From Amoebophrya sp. A120 (taxonomy: Eukaryota > Protista > Dinoflagellata), in the NCBI GenBank assembly GCA_905178155.1, contig CAJINV010000009.1:1961373-2025372 (forward strand): DNA of 64,000 nt, written 5' to 3'. Below are positions 1 to 11,100 of this stretch, in pieces. Position numbers and translations under genes: made by a program. How positions within the stretch are numbered: the first letter of the stretch is position 1; the number at the start of each line of letters is the position of its first letter. The notes beneath the pieces were generated by a model. The model searched no databases. It was not told the DNA's origin and worked only from the letters and a program-made list of their open reading frames with translations.

Positions 1-33
1 GGTCTCCCTCCCCCCAGGAGTGAGCCGCCTTCC

Positions 34-1185
34 TTGCTTCCTCACCCACCACCCCCACTAACCCTACTACCCATTCTAGCGCAAGTTTGCGCTGTCACGC
101 CGAGCGGGCGAAGCTATTCGATTCTCGTCAACTACTACAAGCGAGGCAGCCTGATCAAGTCCAATGTGCTCTCGCATGTCTACTACAACGCAGCAGTGCG
201 GCTGTGGAACGAGCGCAGTTATCAGGAAATCAATGTCTTCATCAATAAGATGCTGCGAACCATCACAGGCACTGCGATTCCGGGAATGGTAGGGGTGGCA
301 AACAACTACACACTACGGAGAAGGTTCGGCATCCAAAGTGCGCGAACAGCGATCGAGAGGATCACTATCGACTACCTAGGGCACAAGATCCGGATGGGAA
401 GAGACGAGCCAGGCGAAGGCCTAGAAAAAGGAAACACGTACCGCGCTCGCTTCCCGGATGGGCGCACCGACCACCACCTGATCTACGGCAGATTGATCAC
501 GATTTCGGCAGGTGCGCAAGGCAACAGGCGGATGCAGCGCAGGACGCTAGCCAAGCAGTGGCTCGAAATCATGGGGCGCGCGCAACTCCGGCCTGACATG
601 ACGCGGAAGCAGTGGAACGAGGCGGCTACGCTCTACATTCGCAAGATTGAGGAGCAAGAGCGCTTGGCAGCGTACGCAGCGGACGGCGCCGGAAACGTCG
701 AGAAGCGACGCGACGAACTGCTCGCCGGTCATGGTGTCAACGCAGGCGCCAGCGAGATACGGCTGAGGAAGAACGTACACGAAGAGGGCGAGTTGATCGC
801 CAGCCACAGCGTTATCTCGCAGTACCAGTGCCCGCACTGTTTTGTGCGTTTCCCCGACGGCGGCAGCGGCTTCAAGTCGCACAAAACTAGGTGTGGGAAG
901 GTCGATTATACAGGTGTGAACTTTGATGATGTCATCTGTATTCGAACTTTTGCAGCAGGACGGACCCAATTGCCTTGGGGCAATCGTTGGCATTGTAAAA
1001 AGTGCGGCACTACAGGCACTGATGGCAAGGCCACTAGTGGGCAGGGGGTCAAGTGTGCACTGAAGCTGGCGCAGCATGCTCAGACTTGTGACCCCGCTCA
1101 GAAGAAGGGGAGGAGGCAGGACGAGGTCCTGCAGTACATGTCTGATCTGCAAGCGTTTGATGCCCTCAACCCCGTGGCGCATTAG
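34..1185 (+). mobile_element. 3' part of a non-LTR retrotransposon (LINE, RTE-like) ORF2: post-RT region plus C-terminal zinc fingers; RT core not present in the window
   Basis: LIKSNVLSHVYYNAAVRLW...FINKMLRTITG...NYTLRRRFG...YLGHKIRM...RRTLAKQW...W follows the RTE post-RT pattern (LLYGSETW..F..CLR.I.G..N..WLGHV.RM..RKRW). It is followed by CPHC-x11-HKTRC and CKKC...HAQTC Cys/His clusters. It runs antisense to all host genes. Confidence 0.7.
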
Positions 1186-1289
1186 GTTCCAAAAGTGTTC
1201 TAACTATTCGATCATCCGTGGTGCGTGTGTTGTTGATTCAAAAAAATGATGTTGATTTTTGTGCGCCAAGAAAAAGTAAGAGCTGATGC

Positions 1290-1370
1290 GTGGCGCACAC
1301 ACCCACGCTTGTAGTGGCGCACATACCCACTACGACTACATAGTGGCGCACACACCCACTCCCTGTAGTC
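1290..1370 (+). repeat. Three copies of GTGGCGCACA(C/T)ACCCAC with short variable spacers
   Basis: Copies at ~1290, ~1314 and ~1343, between the LINE ORF and ORF 1614. Confidence 0.7.
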
Positions 1371-1613
1371 TGTCCAGATTTCTGCTCCTCCTCTGTGTTT
1401 TCGTTTGCTCTGGTTAGCTGTCTGCTGCTCGAAAAATACTCGCGTCCTACTTGTGAAACGCGATGGTAAGGCAACTTTTCAAAAAAACCTGTCTTCTTGT
1501 TGCACATCTATGTTTTTCTCCCGTTCCCTAGTTTAGTCTACTGCACTCAGATCGTAACTTCTATCTCCAATCGCCGCGCGGTCTAAAAAATCGTTTCACA
1601 TTGGAACGATAAG

Positions 1614-2225
1614 ATGCTGCGTCGTGTTGAACGCATCGAAAAAGAACGCTGCCTGATGGTGCAGTTCAACCATCCGGAAATCCGCTGGCCGCGGAAGGAC
1701 AACAGTCCAAATGGCGACTTCCTTACGACCTTCGACAAGGAGCAAAAGAAGTCCTTCCTCCGCCTGATGGGTACCCATTTCCAGGGTGCTCAGCCGTCGG
1801 CCAAGCAGATGGAGTACCAGACCAAGGACGACGGTACTTCTGAGCTGACGGAGCTGCAGGACGACTGGACCGACGCCCAAAAAGCCGACTTCACCGCCAA
1901 GAAAACCGATTTTGTGACCTTGTGGGGTTCCATTGCGGACGCCCCGGAGCTGGTTGAGTACATCAACTGGAAGAACAACAACTGGATCCAGGTCGTTTTT
2001 CACTTGGGCGAGCACCACAGCAAGGTCATGGATCTGGCCCGCGTCGTCGACAACAATCCCTTCCGCAAGTACTTCAGTCGTGGCCTGAAGTTGAAACCGA
2101 TGCAGATGGGCAAGCCGAAGGAGAACGCTAACGGTGCCAATGGCAACAGCAACGTGAAGAAGAAGGGCGGCAAGAAGGGCAAGGGCAAGGGCGGCAAAAA
2201 GGGCAACGGAGGGAAGCAGCAGTAG
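1614..2225 (+). CDS. 203-aa unknown protein with Lys/Gly-rich basic tail; probably associated with the mobile element
   Basis: Intronless ORF starting at ATG, strong G/C bias at third codon positions, ending KKKGGKKGKGKGGKKGNGGKQQ. Same strand as the LINE and opposite to host genes. Confidence 0.6.
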   Translation: MLRRVERIEKERCLMVQFNHPEIRWPRKDNSPNGDFLTTFDKEQKKSFLRLMGTHFQGAQPSAKQMEYQTKDDGTSELTELQDDWTDAQKADFTAKKTDFVTLWGSIADAPELVEYINWKNNNWIQVVFHLGEHHSKVMDLARVVDNNPFRKYFSRGLKLKPMQMGKPKENANGANGNSNVKKKGGKKGKGKGGKKGNGGKQQ

Positions 2226-2665
2226 TGGTTTGGTCTTGCGACCTTGTCACGCTACCAGTGCACTTCTTCATCATTTACACCTTCTCCGACACACTCAATC
2301 ACACGATAACGACGTGCAGCAAGCACGACAGTCCTGTGCGATCCTACGATGGGGCGCATGTTTGAAGATGATGATGAGTGACGATGAAAGAAACACATGC
2401 GTTTTTTCACAAATGTACTCCAGTCACGTAATGGAGTAATGCACTACAACACTGATGGCGCTGCCTGGCACCACATCAGCCAGGAGCACAAGCTGCTTGA
2501 CATCCTCAGTCAAGAGCTACGACAGACAGACGTTGACTTACGTGCCTCGCACGGTAAACAGACTGTAAGTGTGCAAATCAAATCAAATCAAAAATCTATC
2601 GATTCTATTTCTAAGCTAGCATCAAGAGTCAAAAGCTATCACGATGAAATTGTAAAAATAAGTAC

Positions 2666-5600
2666 GAGTTGGGGCGCCTCCGTCATGCGCCCAGCGATTG
2701 ATGTCGCCACCCAGGGACTGCCACGTTTGCATCGCCGTTTGGCACTCGGTCTGTTTGATGAGGTTTTCAAGAACAATTTCAGCGAGAATTATCACTACAG
2801 AGTTTCATCTCCTTGCTTAGCAGGAGCGCCATCATTCTCATCGTCGTACGACTACAGTATCGCAGAGCTGTAGTTTCAAAGAGCGAACGCCCCCTGCGCC
2901 TGCCGTACAAAAGCAGGAGAAGAGGCGAAAAGAAAATGTTCAAAATAGACTTCGTCTCACCGTGCTTTGGCCCGCCTTGAATCTTTGCCACCAGACCTCG
3001 CCGATGTAGTGTCCGCAGGTCCAGGTTCGGTGGTTGATGATCCCGAAATTTCGGTGCACCTCGAACTTTTCCGTCGTAATCATGTTTTTGATCCCCTCGC
3101 TGTTGCAGCTGATGCACTCCTATGCATTGCAAAAGTATCGCACTAGTATAAATCTCTACCATGACTAGTTATAAGTCAGAAAACCCATTACTTAATAGTA
3201 TCCCGCAATAAAAACAAACAATAGAAACGAAGAATGGAAAGGAAAAACGAAAACAAAGAATGGAAACGAAAAACGAAAACAAAGAATAGAAACGAAAAAC
3301 GAAAACAAAGAATGAAAACAAAGAATGAAAACAAAGAATGAAAAACAAAGAATGAAAACAAAGAATGAAAACAAAGAATGAAAACAAAGAATGAAAACAA
3401 AAAACGAAAACAAAGAATAGAAACGAAAAAGAACAACAACGAAATGCAGTCAAAGTGCCCAAGCCTCTAAGCGGCGAAACCTCCAAACGATGAGGCCTCG
3501 AAACGCCGAAGGAAGCAGCGAAGCCTCGACGCTGCGAAGCCTCGAAGCGGCGAAGCCTCGACGCTGCGAAGCCTCGACGCTGCGAAGCCCCGACGCTGCG
3601 AAGCCTCTAAGCGGCGAAGCCTCGAAGCAGCGAAGCCTCGAAGCGGCGAAGCCTCGAAGCAGCGAGGCCCCGAAGCGGCGAAGCCCCGAAGCCCCGAAGC
3701 CTCGAAACAGCGCAGCCTCGAAGCAGCGAAGCCTCGAAACAGCGAAGCCCCGAAGCCTCGAACAAGCAGCCAGCGAAGCCTCAAACAAGCAGCCAAGCCT
3801 CGACCAAGCAGCGAAGCCTCGAACAAGCAGCGAAGCCTCGAACAAGCAGCGAAACCCCGAAGCCCCAAAGCAGCGAAGCCCCGAAGCAGCGAAGCCCCCC
3901 GAAGCAGCGAAGCCCCGAAGCAGCGAAGCCCCGAAGCGGCGAACCCTCGAAGCAGCGAACCCACGGAGCAGCGAAGCCCCGAAGCAGCGGAGCCTCGAGG
4001 CGGCGAAGCCTCGAAGCTTCGAAGCAGCGAAGCCTCGACGCAGCGAAGCCTCGAAGCAGCAGAGCCTCGAAGCCTCGAAGCAGCGAAGCCTCGAAGCAGC
4101 GAAGCCCCGAAGCCTCGAAACGGCGAAGCCTCGAAGCGGCGAAGCCTCGAAGCGGCGAAGCCTCGAAGCAGCGAAGCCTCGAAGCAGCGAAGCCTCGAAG
4201 CAGCGAAGCCTCGAGGCCCCGAAGCAGCGGAGCCCCGAAGCAGCGGAGCCCCGAAGCAGCGGAGCCCCGAAGCAGCGAAGCCCCGAAGCAGCGAAGCCCC
4301 GAAGCAGCGAAGACCCGAATCAACGCAGCCTCGAGGCGGGGCAGCAACGTGCGAGACGAAACCGCGAAGCACGAGCCGGCGCCAGCTCGTGGCCAGAGGA
4401 AGCCCGCCAGGCCGGTGCCAGATCATGGCCAACCCGATGCCAAAGAATGAAACAGGGCCAAACCGGCGCCAGGTCGCGGCCAGGCCGGTGCCAGATCACG
4501 GCCGAACAAAGCCCGCAAGGCCCGCCGGTGCCAGATCATGGCCAAGCCTGCCAGCCGGTGCCACATCATGGCCAAGCCGGTGCCAGGTCGTGGCCAAGCC
4601 CGCCGATGCCAGAGCATGGCCAAGCCGGTGCCAGATCATGGCCAAGCCGGTGCCAGATCATGGCCAAGCCGGTGCCAGATCATGGCCAGAACCTGCCAAG
4701 CCGGTGCCAGATCAGGGCCGGGCCGGTGCCAGGTCGAGGCCAAGCCGGTGCCAGATCATGGCCAAAGCCTGTCGGGCCGGTGCCAGGTCGTGGGCGAGCC
4801 GGTGCCAGATCATGCCCAAGCCGGTGCCAGATCGTGGCCAAGCCGGTGCCAGGTCGTGGCCAAGCCGGCGCCAGAGAGATCATGGCCAAGCCAGCGCCTG
4901 ATGAGAAAGATCAGAGCCAAGCCGGAGCCAGATCACGGCCAAGACGGTTCCAGGTCGTGGCCAAGCCGCCCGGTGCCACATCATGGCCAAAGCCTGCCGA
5001 GCCGGGGCCAGATCATGGCCAACCCGGCGCCAGATCATGGCCAAGCCGCCCGGTGCCAGGTCGCGGCGAGGCCGACGCCAGATCAGGGCAAAGCCGGTGC
5101 CAGATCATGGCCAAGCCGGTGCCAGATCATGGCCAGGCCCGTGCCAGGTCATGGCCAGGCCGGTGCCACACCATGGCCAAGCCTGCCGGTGCCAGGTCGT
5201 GGCAAGGCCGGCCGGTGCCAGGTCGTGGCCAGGCCGGCCGGTGCCAGATCACGGCACGGCCGGCGCTTCCTCAGGCCATGGCCAAGCCGGTTCCAATTCA
5301 TGGGTGGCAAAGCCAAGTCGGCTCCGGGTCGTGGCCAAGCCGAAGCCGGCGCCAAGTCATGGCCAAGCCGGGGCCAGATCATGGCCTAGCCGCGCCCGCC
5401 GGCGCCAGATGAATCATGGCCAAGCCTGCCTGCCTGCCTGTGCCAGAGCATAGCCAAACCGGTGCGGAATCATGGCCATGCCTGCAAGTGCCAGGCCGCG
5501 GCCAAGCCGGTGCCAGCCAAATCATGGCCAAGGCGGTTCCAGGTCGTGGCCACGCCGGTGCCAGGTCGTGGGCATGGCCGTGCCGGTGCCCGATCATGCC

Positions 5601-6628
5601 CAAGCCGGTGCCGGACCCTGGCCACGCCGGTGTCGGGCCCTGGCCAGGCCGGTGCCCGACCATGCCCGCCCCCCGCCGCCAGATCGCGGCCCCGCCGGCG
5701 CCAGCATGCAAAATGACGGCAGCGGGCAACCTGCCCGCCGCGCCGGCCGGCGCCGGATCGTGCCAAAGCCGTTCTGGCGCTTTGAAAATCGCCGGCAGAT
5801 GGGCCTGCCTGTGCTGAAGCGCCGACAACGATTCCCCACAGAGAGACGCTGAGCGCTACTATTCATCTAGCGGAATACTATTAAGTCTGCAGGTTACTGA
5901 ACACGGGAAGCGGGATAAGGCTAGTTGCATTACAAACTGACTTAGTATTACAAATTGAATTTGTTGTAATGCGGATTTGCCTGAGCAAAAAGATTTGTAA
6001 TGCATAAACGCAATTAGTACGAGTGCGATACTTTTGCACAGGATAACTCCTGCTGGAACAGTAGACCGTCCTTCTTAATCGTGCGGTCGTCCCAATCAAA
6101 GACGATCAACCCGACACCTGTTTTGATGATTTTTATTTTTATTCCTGCTGCACCAGGATCATGACGAGGTACTGAATGTAGGACTTCTAAAGACGTTCGA
6201 TTTAATTTGTTGTTGTTCCATTTGGATTTTCTACATCAACATAACATTTGGAGGAGACGATGACAAACAGTGTGCTTGTTTTGCAACCTCAACATCATCA
6301 CAATTATCGCAATACGATCTTGCGGCGTGATTGCTCCCTTGACCGGCTTGGCGGGGACTTGCGGTTGCTGGACTGGCGGCGGAGGCGGGGGCGTTTCCAC
6401 AACCACAGGCGCCGGAGTGGTGGTCGGCGGTGGTGGGGGTGGCGGAGGCGGCGTTGTCGTGGTGGTTTCAGGCTCCGGTTCCGCCGGCGGCTCCTCCGGC
6501 GGTGGTGGTGGGGGCGGTGGCGGTGCGTCCTCCGCAGCGTCAGGTGGGGGCGGCGGCGGCGGAGCGTCCTGCGCTCCCGCACCGCGCAGGTGGCAGAACA
6601 GACCAAAATACCACAGAACCTTCTTCAT
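2666..6628 (-). CDS. Multi-exon secreted or surface protein (signal peptide, Pro/Thr-rich stalk, Cys-containing domain); 3' end unresolved
   Basis: Predicted exons 6628-6316, 6117-6046, 3115-2961 and 2750-2666. The joined reading is ...TPQDR|VGLIVFDWDDRTIKKDGLLFQQE|CISCNSEGIKNM...WWQRFKAGQST|TECQTAMQTWQSLGG. GT-AG sites flank the short introns; the 2.9-kb TIR element splits exons 2 and 3. Confidence 0.7.
3210..3440 (+). repeat. A-rich ~13-bp tandem repeat (AAAGAATGAAAAC)
   Basis: Array directly visible; most regular at 3305-3400. Confidence 0.9.
3460..4340 (+). repeat. Minisatellite of 8-bp subunits (GAAGCAGC / GAAGCCTC / GAAGCCCC)
   Basis: Dozens of degenerate GAAGCAGCGAAGCCTC units. Confidence 0.92.
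4375..5770 (+). repeat. Minisatellite of ~22-bp unit GCCGGTGCCAGATCATGGCCAA
   Basis: Dozens of degenerate copies; cleanest at 4620-4690. Confidence 0.92.
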
Positions 6629-8103
6629 CCCGATGTTGGTCCTCTCAGCAGTATTAGTGCGATGATGATGATGATGTACCCAACTGTGGGGTCTACCTCT
6701 ACACTGTGATTTAAATATATCAGCGCAAAGATCAAGAAAGAAACACTACGAATCTACTTTTTTTTCTGTAGAAAACAACACTGTAGGTTGTTTTCGTTTT
6801 CGTCTCTTCTGGTAGCTTCTATACGAAGCAAAATAAGCGGTGGATGCAATACAAATGCAACTCCTCCGGCAGACGCAGAATAGAGCTCGGCTAATCAAGA
6901 TCGCCGAAGTGGCGGCGAAAGCCGTCTCGTAAAAAGATGTTGATTGTTAGCGTAAAAAGAATCACCTCCAGTAATGAATCTGCGTATAAAATGTTGGGAG
7001 GGAGCAAAAAGAAATGCGTTGGAGGGAACAAGTAGAAAGCAACGTAATCCCAACAAGCACGCACCACGGCGGGAGCTGAGCCAATGTGAGTATGATGCTA
7101 ATTAAAATAAAGATGAAGTTTAAGTCCTCGCGCTAGCCTTTCGGGGGCTGCAATGGGAAGTCCTGGATTGAGTCAAATGATGTGTGGGAACAAGTAGAGC
7201 CCGTGAAACTTAAAACGATTGATCACTGCAATAAAGGCGACCACGTAGGTTTGTATTCGAAGGAATGATATTGCTACATTTTACTTTGACGTGAATAAAC
7301 CAGGTGACACCGACACAGAGAAAGAAAGGAGCAGCGGCCCCATACTTATCCCTCGCTTTTAAATAATATCACTTCGCTAGTATCACTCGCTCGTCTTTCA
7401 GAAGGACACTACATACAAGTTCACTACATATATTTTTCATCCACTTGTGAATTTTGAATGTGAGTACTAACGCAGATACTCGTCCTACAGGTTTCTGCGC
7501 ACATAAAATGCGGTGAACACAAAACAGTATTTCTTATTTTCGATGGCGCTCGTGGCCACGATAATTTACATGCGCCTACTAAAAATAGTAATAGGCAACA
7601 TTGTCTCGGTCGCTTACATTGTTCTGCATGATATGTGTTAATCCTGGTACTTTGCGTTTCATTCTTGTGTATTTGCTCATCGTCACAAGCAAAACAAGAT
7701 GAGGACAAATACCTGTGGAAAAACGAAAAAGGTCGCTGTCGCTGAGTGATAAGAGTAATCTAGTACTTCTACTTGTTCGCTCATGATCCCGATCGCACCC
7801 TACTGTTACTGAGCGAGAAGATTTTTGTACCGACACTGGGGGCGTGAGTCACCATTCTACCGCTTCAATGGTAAAGGGGGAGCTGAAGCTGATGCAAGGT
7901 AGGGCATGACGCGAGGGGGGCTTATGATTTATAGAGAAGGCACGGCTGTATGTCTTTCTGCGCCGACCCAAAAAGAAAAAAATGAAAGGAAGAGTAGGTG
8001 TCGCGGTTCTCCTCCGGAACCGGATCGAGGCTCCTGTCCCTATCGTATTGCTGCAGAGCAGGATGAGGACGTCGCGGAGGTTGCCAACACCCCCTAGAAT
8101 AAA

Positions 8104-11100
8104 TCAGTACCCGGCTCGGCCGTCAAAAAGTGAGCGGTTGACGTTGCCGCGCCGGGCCATGGTGCGTTTCTGCAGGTCCTTTTCCCAGAGGGGGAGTATT
8201 TGTCCAGTTCCGACGTCCATTTCGGCGACAAGATCGGCGTGGGGTCCCTCCTTCGCCCGCATGGGTAGCATGGTCAGGTGACCCTTGTACTCCTTGAAGC
8301 CCAAGTTGCCCCAATACTTCGGCGCGGCATCGTTATCGGCAGGATACAGTGTAACGATCTTGAAGCCTGAGGAAAATTGCGCACAAACAACTAGTTCCAA
8401 GTTTTTACTAGGTAAAACTGACTTTTGTATGTACTGCTCGGACCACTGTGACCAGCCTTGTTTTGCCCGAACGCATCAACATGACAATTGACCACTACAT
8501 GTGTAGTTCGAGCAATGGGTAGCTCTTAAGTAAGTCTACCTCAGTGCGGGACAACAAGGATGAGTTGTTGGGAGAACCTATTTATGCTGCAGCTACTTAG
8601 ACTTACCTTCTCTTCGCCACAGATTTTCCATGACTTTGTACATTCGATTGCCATCTCCCTGGCCTTCCACGAGCGCACTCATGTTCATGATCTGGATCCA
8701 GTAGAACGGGTTTGTTTCGGTTTCCCATTTGTTTCCCCGCGCCACTAGAGGCAAATTGTCTCGCTCCTCCTCGGTGAGCGGTCGGCAGTGGTTGACACGG
8801 CACGTCATCGCCGCCCGAACCTCGTTGGTTCGGTCTAACAACACCCAACTTTTGCACGACCATTGCCGATCCTCAAATATTCGCCTTTTCACCTGAAATT
8901 TTGTGCGCCAGTACAGCTACAGCTAGGCACAACACCACTATGCCTTTTGTTTGTCCCTCTAGATAGAGTGGATCATTTCTTATTCTTTTCCTATTTCGTT
9001 TTCATGCATGAAGAATAGACGTCAAGATGCGCCAGAGGACGTTACGTAATTTCATCCTATCTAGGTAACAGCAGCAAGAACAGCAAGGCTCTTGCGATGC
9101 ATTTTTTCTTCATCTCAACTTCCAGCAGTACCCAGGCAGCTTCATTTTTCTCCGAGAAAGTTGGCTTCGTCATGTGGCACTCGTAGCACGCTTGTCGTAT
9201 CTCATCGTTATCCGCTTCCCGGAGGTAGTACATGTCCTGTGATTTTTATTCTGGAGGTAGATTATTGCTTTTCAGTTTGTTTCATTACCGGAAGAAATAA
9301 AGAAGTTGTGGTGCAGCGAGCTACGAATTTCGTGTCTGTAGTGAGGGCGTCAGTTGAAGATAGATCAGTTCATCCGACTCGCAGTGCTCCTCAGACAATC
9401 AGAATAAACTGAGTCGCTGGCTCGCGCGATCGCGAATCATCTGCACAAGCCAAAATAAAGTACGTATTGCCCGATCTGCGATCCGTTTGCGCCCAGCTTT
9501 TTGCCTTTTTTCTTCCCCCGCTTGTTCGCGCCAGTTTGTGAGGAAACCATGGAGGACGCTGCGCCGCCGATGTCTGACCGCGACGAAGACAGCGGCTTGT
9601 TCCCGCCGGCAGCACTGGTCACGGCCGAGGACGCTCCCCCGACACCATTCACCGAGGACGCCGCAGCTGCCTTCTCTAATTTGCCTCCCGCGGATACCAC
9701 GCTGCTGCCGCGCTCCTCGTCGTCGGAGGGGACATTGTTCGTTCCCGCATTGTTCGCACCTCCGGCAGCCTCCCCGAGTGTGCTCAGGTTCTGCGAGGAA
9801 GACCCCATTCGCTGCAGGGAGGGGAGCGAAGAGGTCTTGGGTAACTTTTTCCCTCCCTTTATTTCGGCCGCCTGCTGCAGCAACTCCTGTTGCTGTTGCA
9901 GCACAAGTCTGTGCCTCGTTGCAGGCATAGTGGCCACGACCTTCTCGTCAGGTTTGGGCGGTGGTATTTGCGTGAGATTGATGTCATGCTCCGAGCGGAG
10001 GAGCTTGGCGGTCTCGTTCATCGTGCGTAAAATTGTCACTTTGTAATGCCCGGACTTGTTATGAAATTGCAAGCGTGTCGCTGTAGTTGCATAGAGACGC
10101 ATTTCAAGAATTTGCCCTGGCCCTGGCTTTCGTACGATCAATCATGTGCATGCATATGCAATCATTAACTCATACATTAGATATGATTTAGTTGTTGTAA
10201 TTGAAATTGTATGCTTTTCCAGTTGGAGGTTCTCTCGCTGCACAAGAACAAAAAAACGCGTTGAAGCCGCGAGCCGCGGCCGTCTGCTGTCATACAAAAT
10301 TGATGCGGCTCCTGAGCGAACTACGGGACTTTTGCACGACCGGGGGATAGTTATACAGCTCTCTGGTCTGAGGGATCGCAATCTGAGACTTCATCGGAGG
10401 CATTTTTGGAAACGCCGCATTGGATCCCACTGGTGGTTGCAGCTGCGTCGCACCACCAGGAAGAACACTCGCTGAAGGTGCTCCTCCCGCTGCGCCTGAG
10501 GAAGATGCTCCGCTCGGAGCCGGAGGTTTGCTGGTGGTCGCTCCGGCCGCAGCTGTCGCTGCGAAGAGCGATTTTTTCTCTTCGGGTTCGACGCTCTTCT
10601 TTGGCCTGATGCGCAGCGTCGGACGGGCCTTCTTGCCGGTCCCCGTTGTTCCAGCGTTCTGTTGCAGTTGTTCCTGTCCTCCGGCGCCCTGTACGGACTC
10701 CATTGAGATTCGTGGCCTCTTGAGTGCGGGCTGTTGGGCCGCAGACGCTGATGAGGCAGTGCTTCCCGTTGCTAGCGGCACGGCGGAACGCTTTAACGCG
10801 GCAGCAGCAAGACGAGGTTGGGTCGTGCTTTGGAAAGCAGCGCTGTAGCCTGCTGGGTAGGCAGCTCCTGATTGCGCAACAGCGGACGCTTGCTGGAGCA
10901 GTTGTGGACCAAATCCGAAGGAATTAACCGGCACTGTCTGTGCCTGCATCATCGGGAGCGGAGCACCTGGTGCCGCGAGTTGTAGTCCCGCTCCCGTGTA
11001 GGCTCCTGGAAGCTGCTGCGCTCCTTTACCTTTTGGTGGAGCAGAACTTGAATTAGCCCCTTTCGCGAGGACCCCCGGAAACAATACAGGTCCGAGAGAC

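Larger units (their letters stand above)
3121..6045. mobile_element. 2,925-bp TAT...ATA TIR element (introner) filled with satellite DNA
   Basis: Ends TATGCATTGCAAAAGTATCGCACT and AGTGCGATACTTTTGCACAGGATA; TSD ACTCC at 3116-3120 and 6046-6050; same TIR family as 50558 and 57181. Confidence 0.92.

Noticed and set aside
3169-5866. Many long overlapping ORFs, including 640 aa at 3490-5412
   Set aside because: They are by-products of stop-free tandem repeats, open in several frames on both strands, and lie inside a TIR element.
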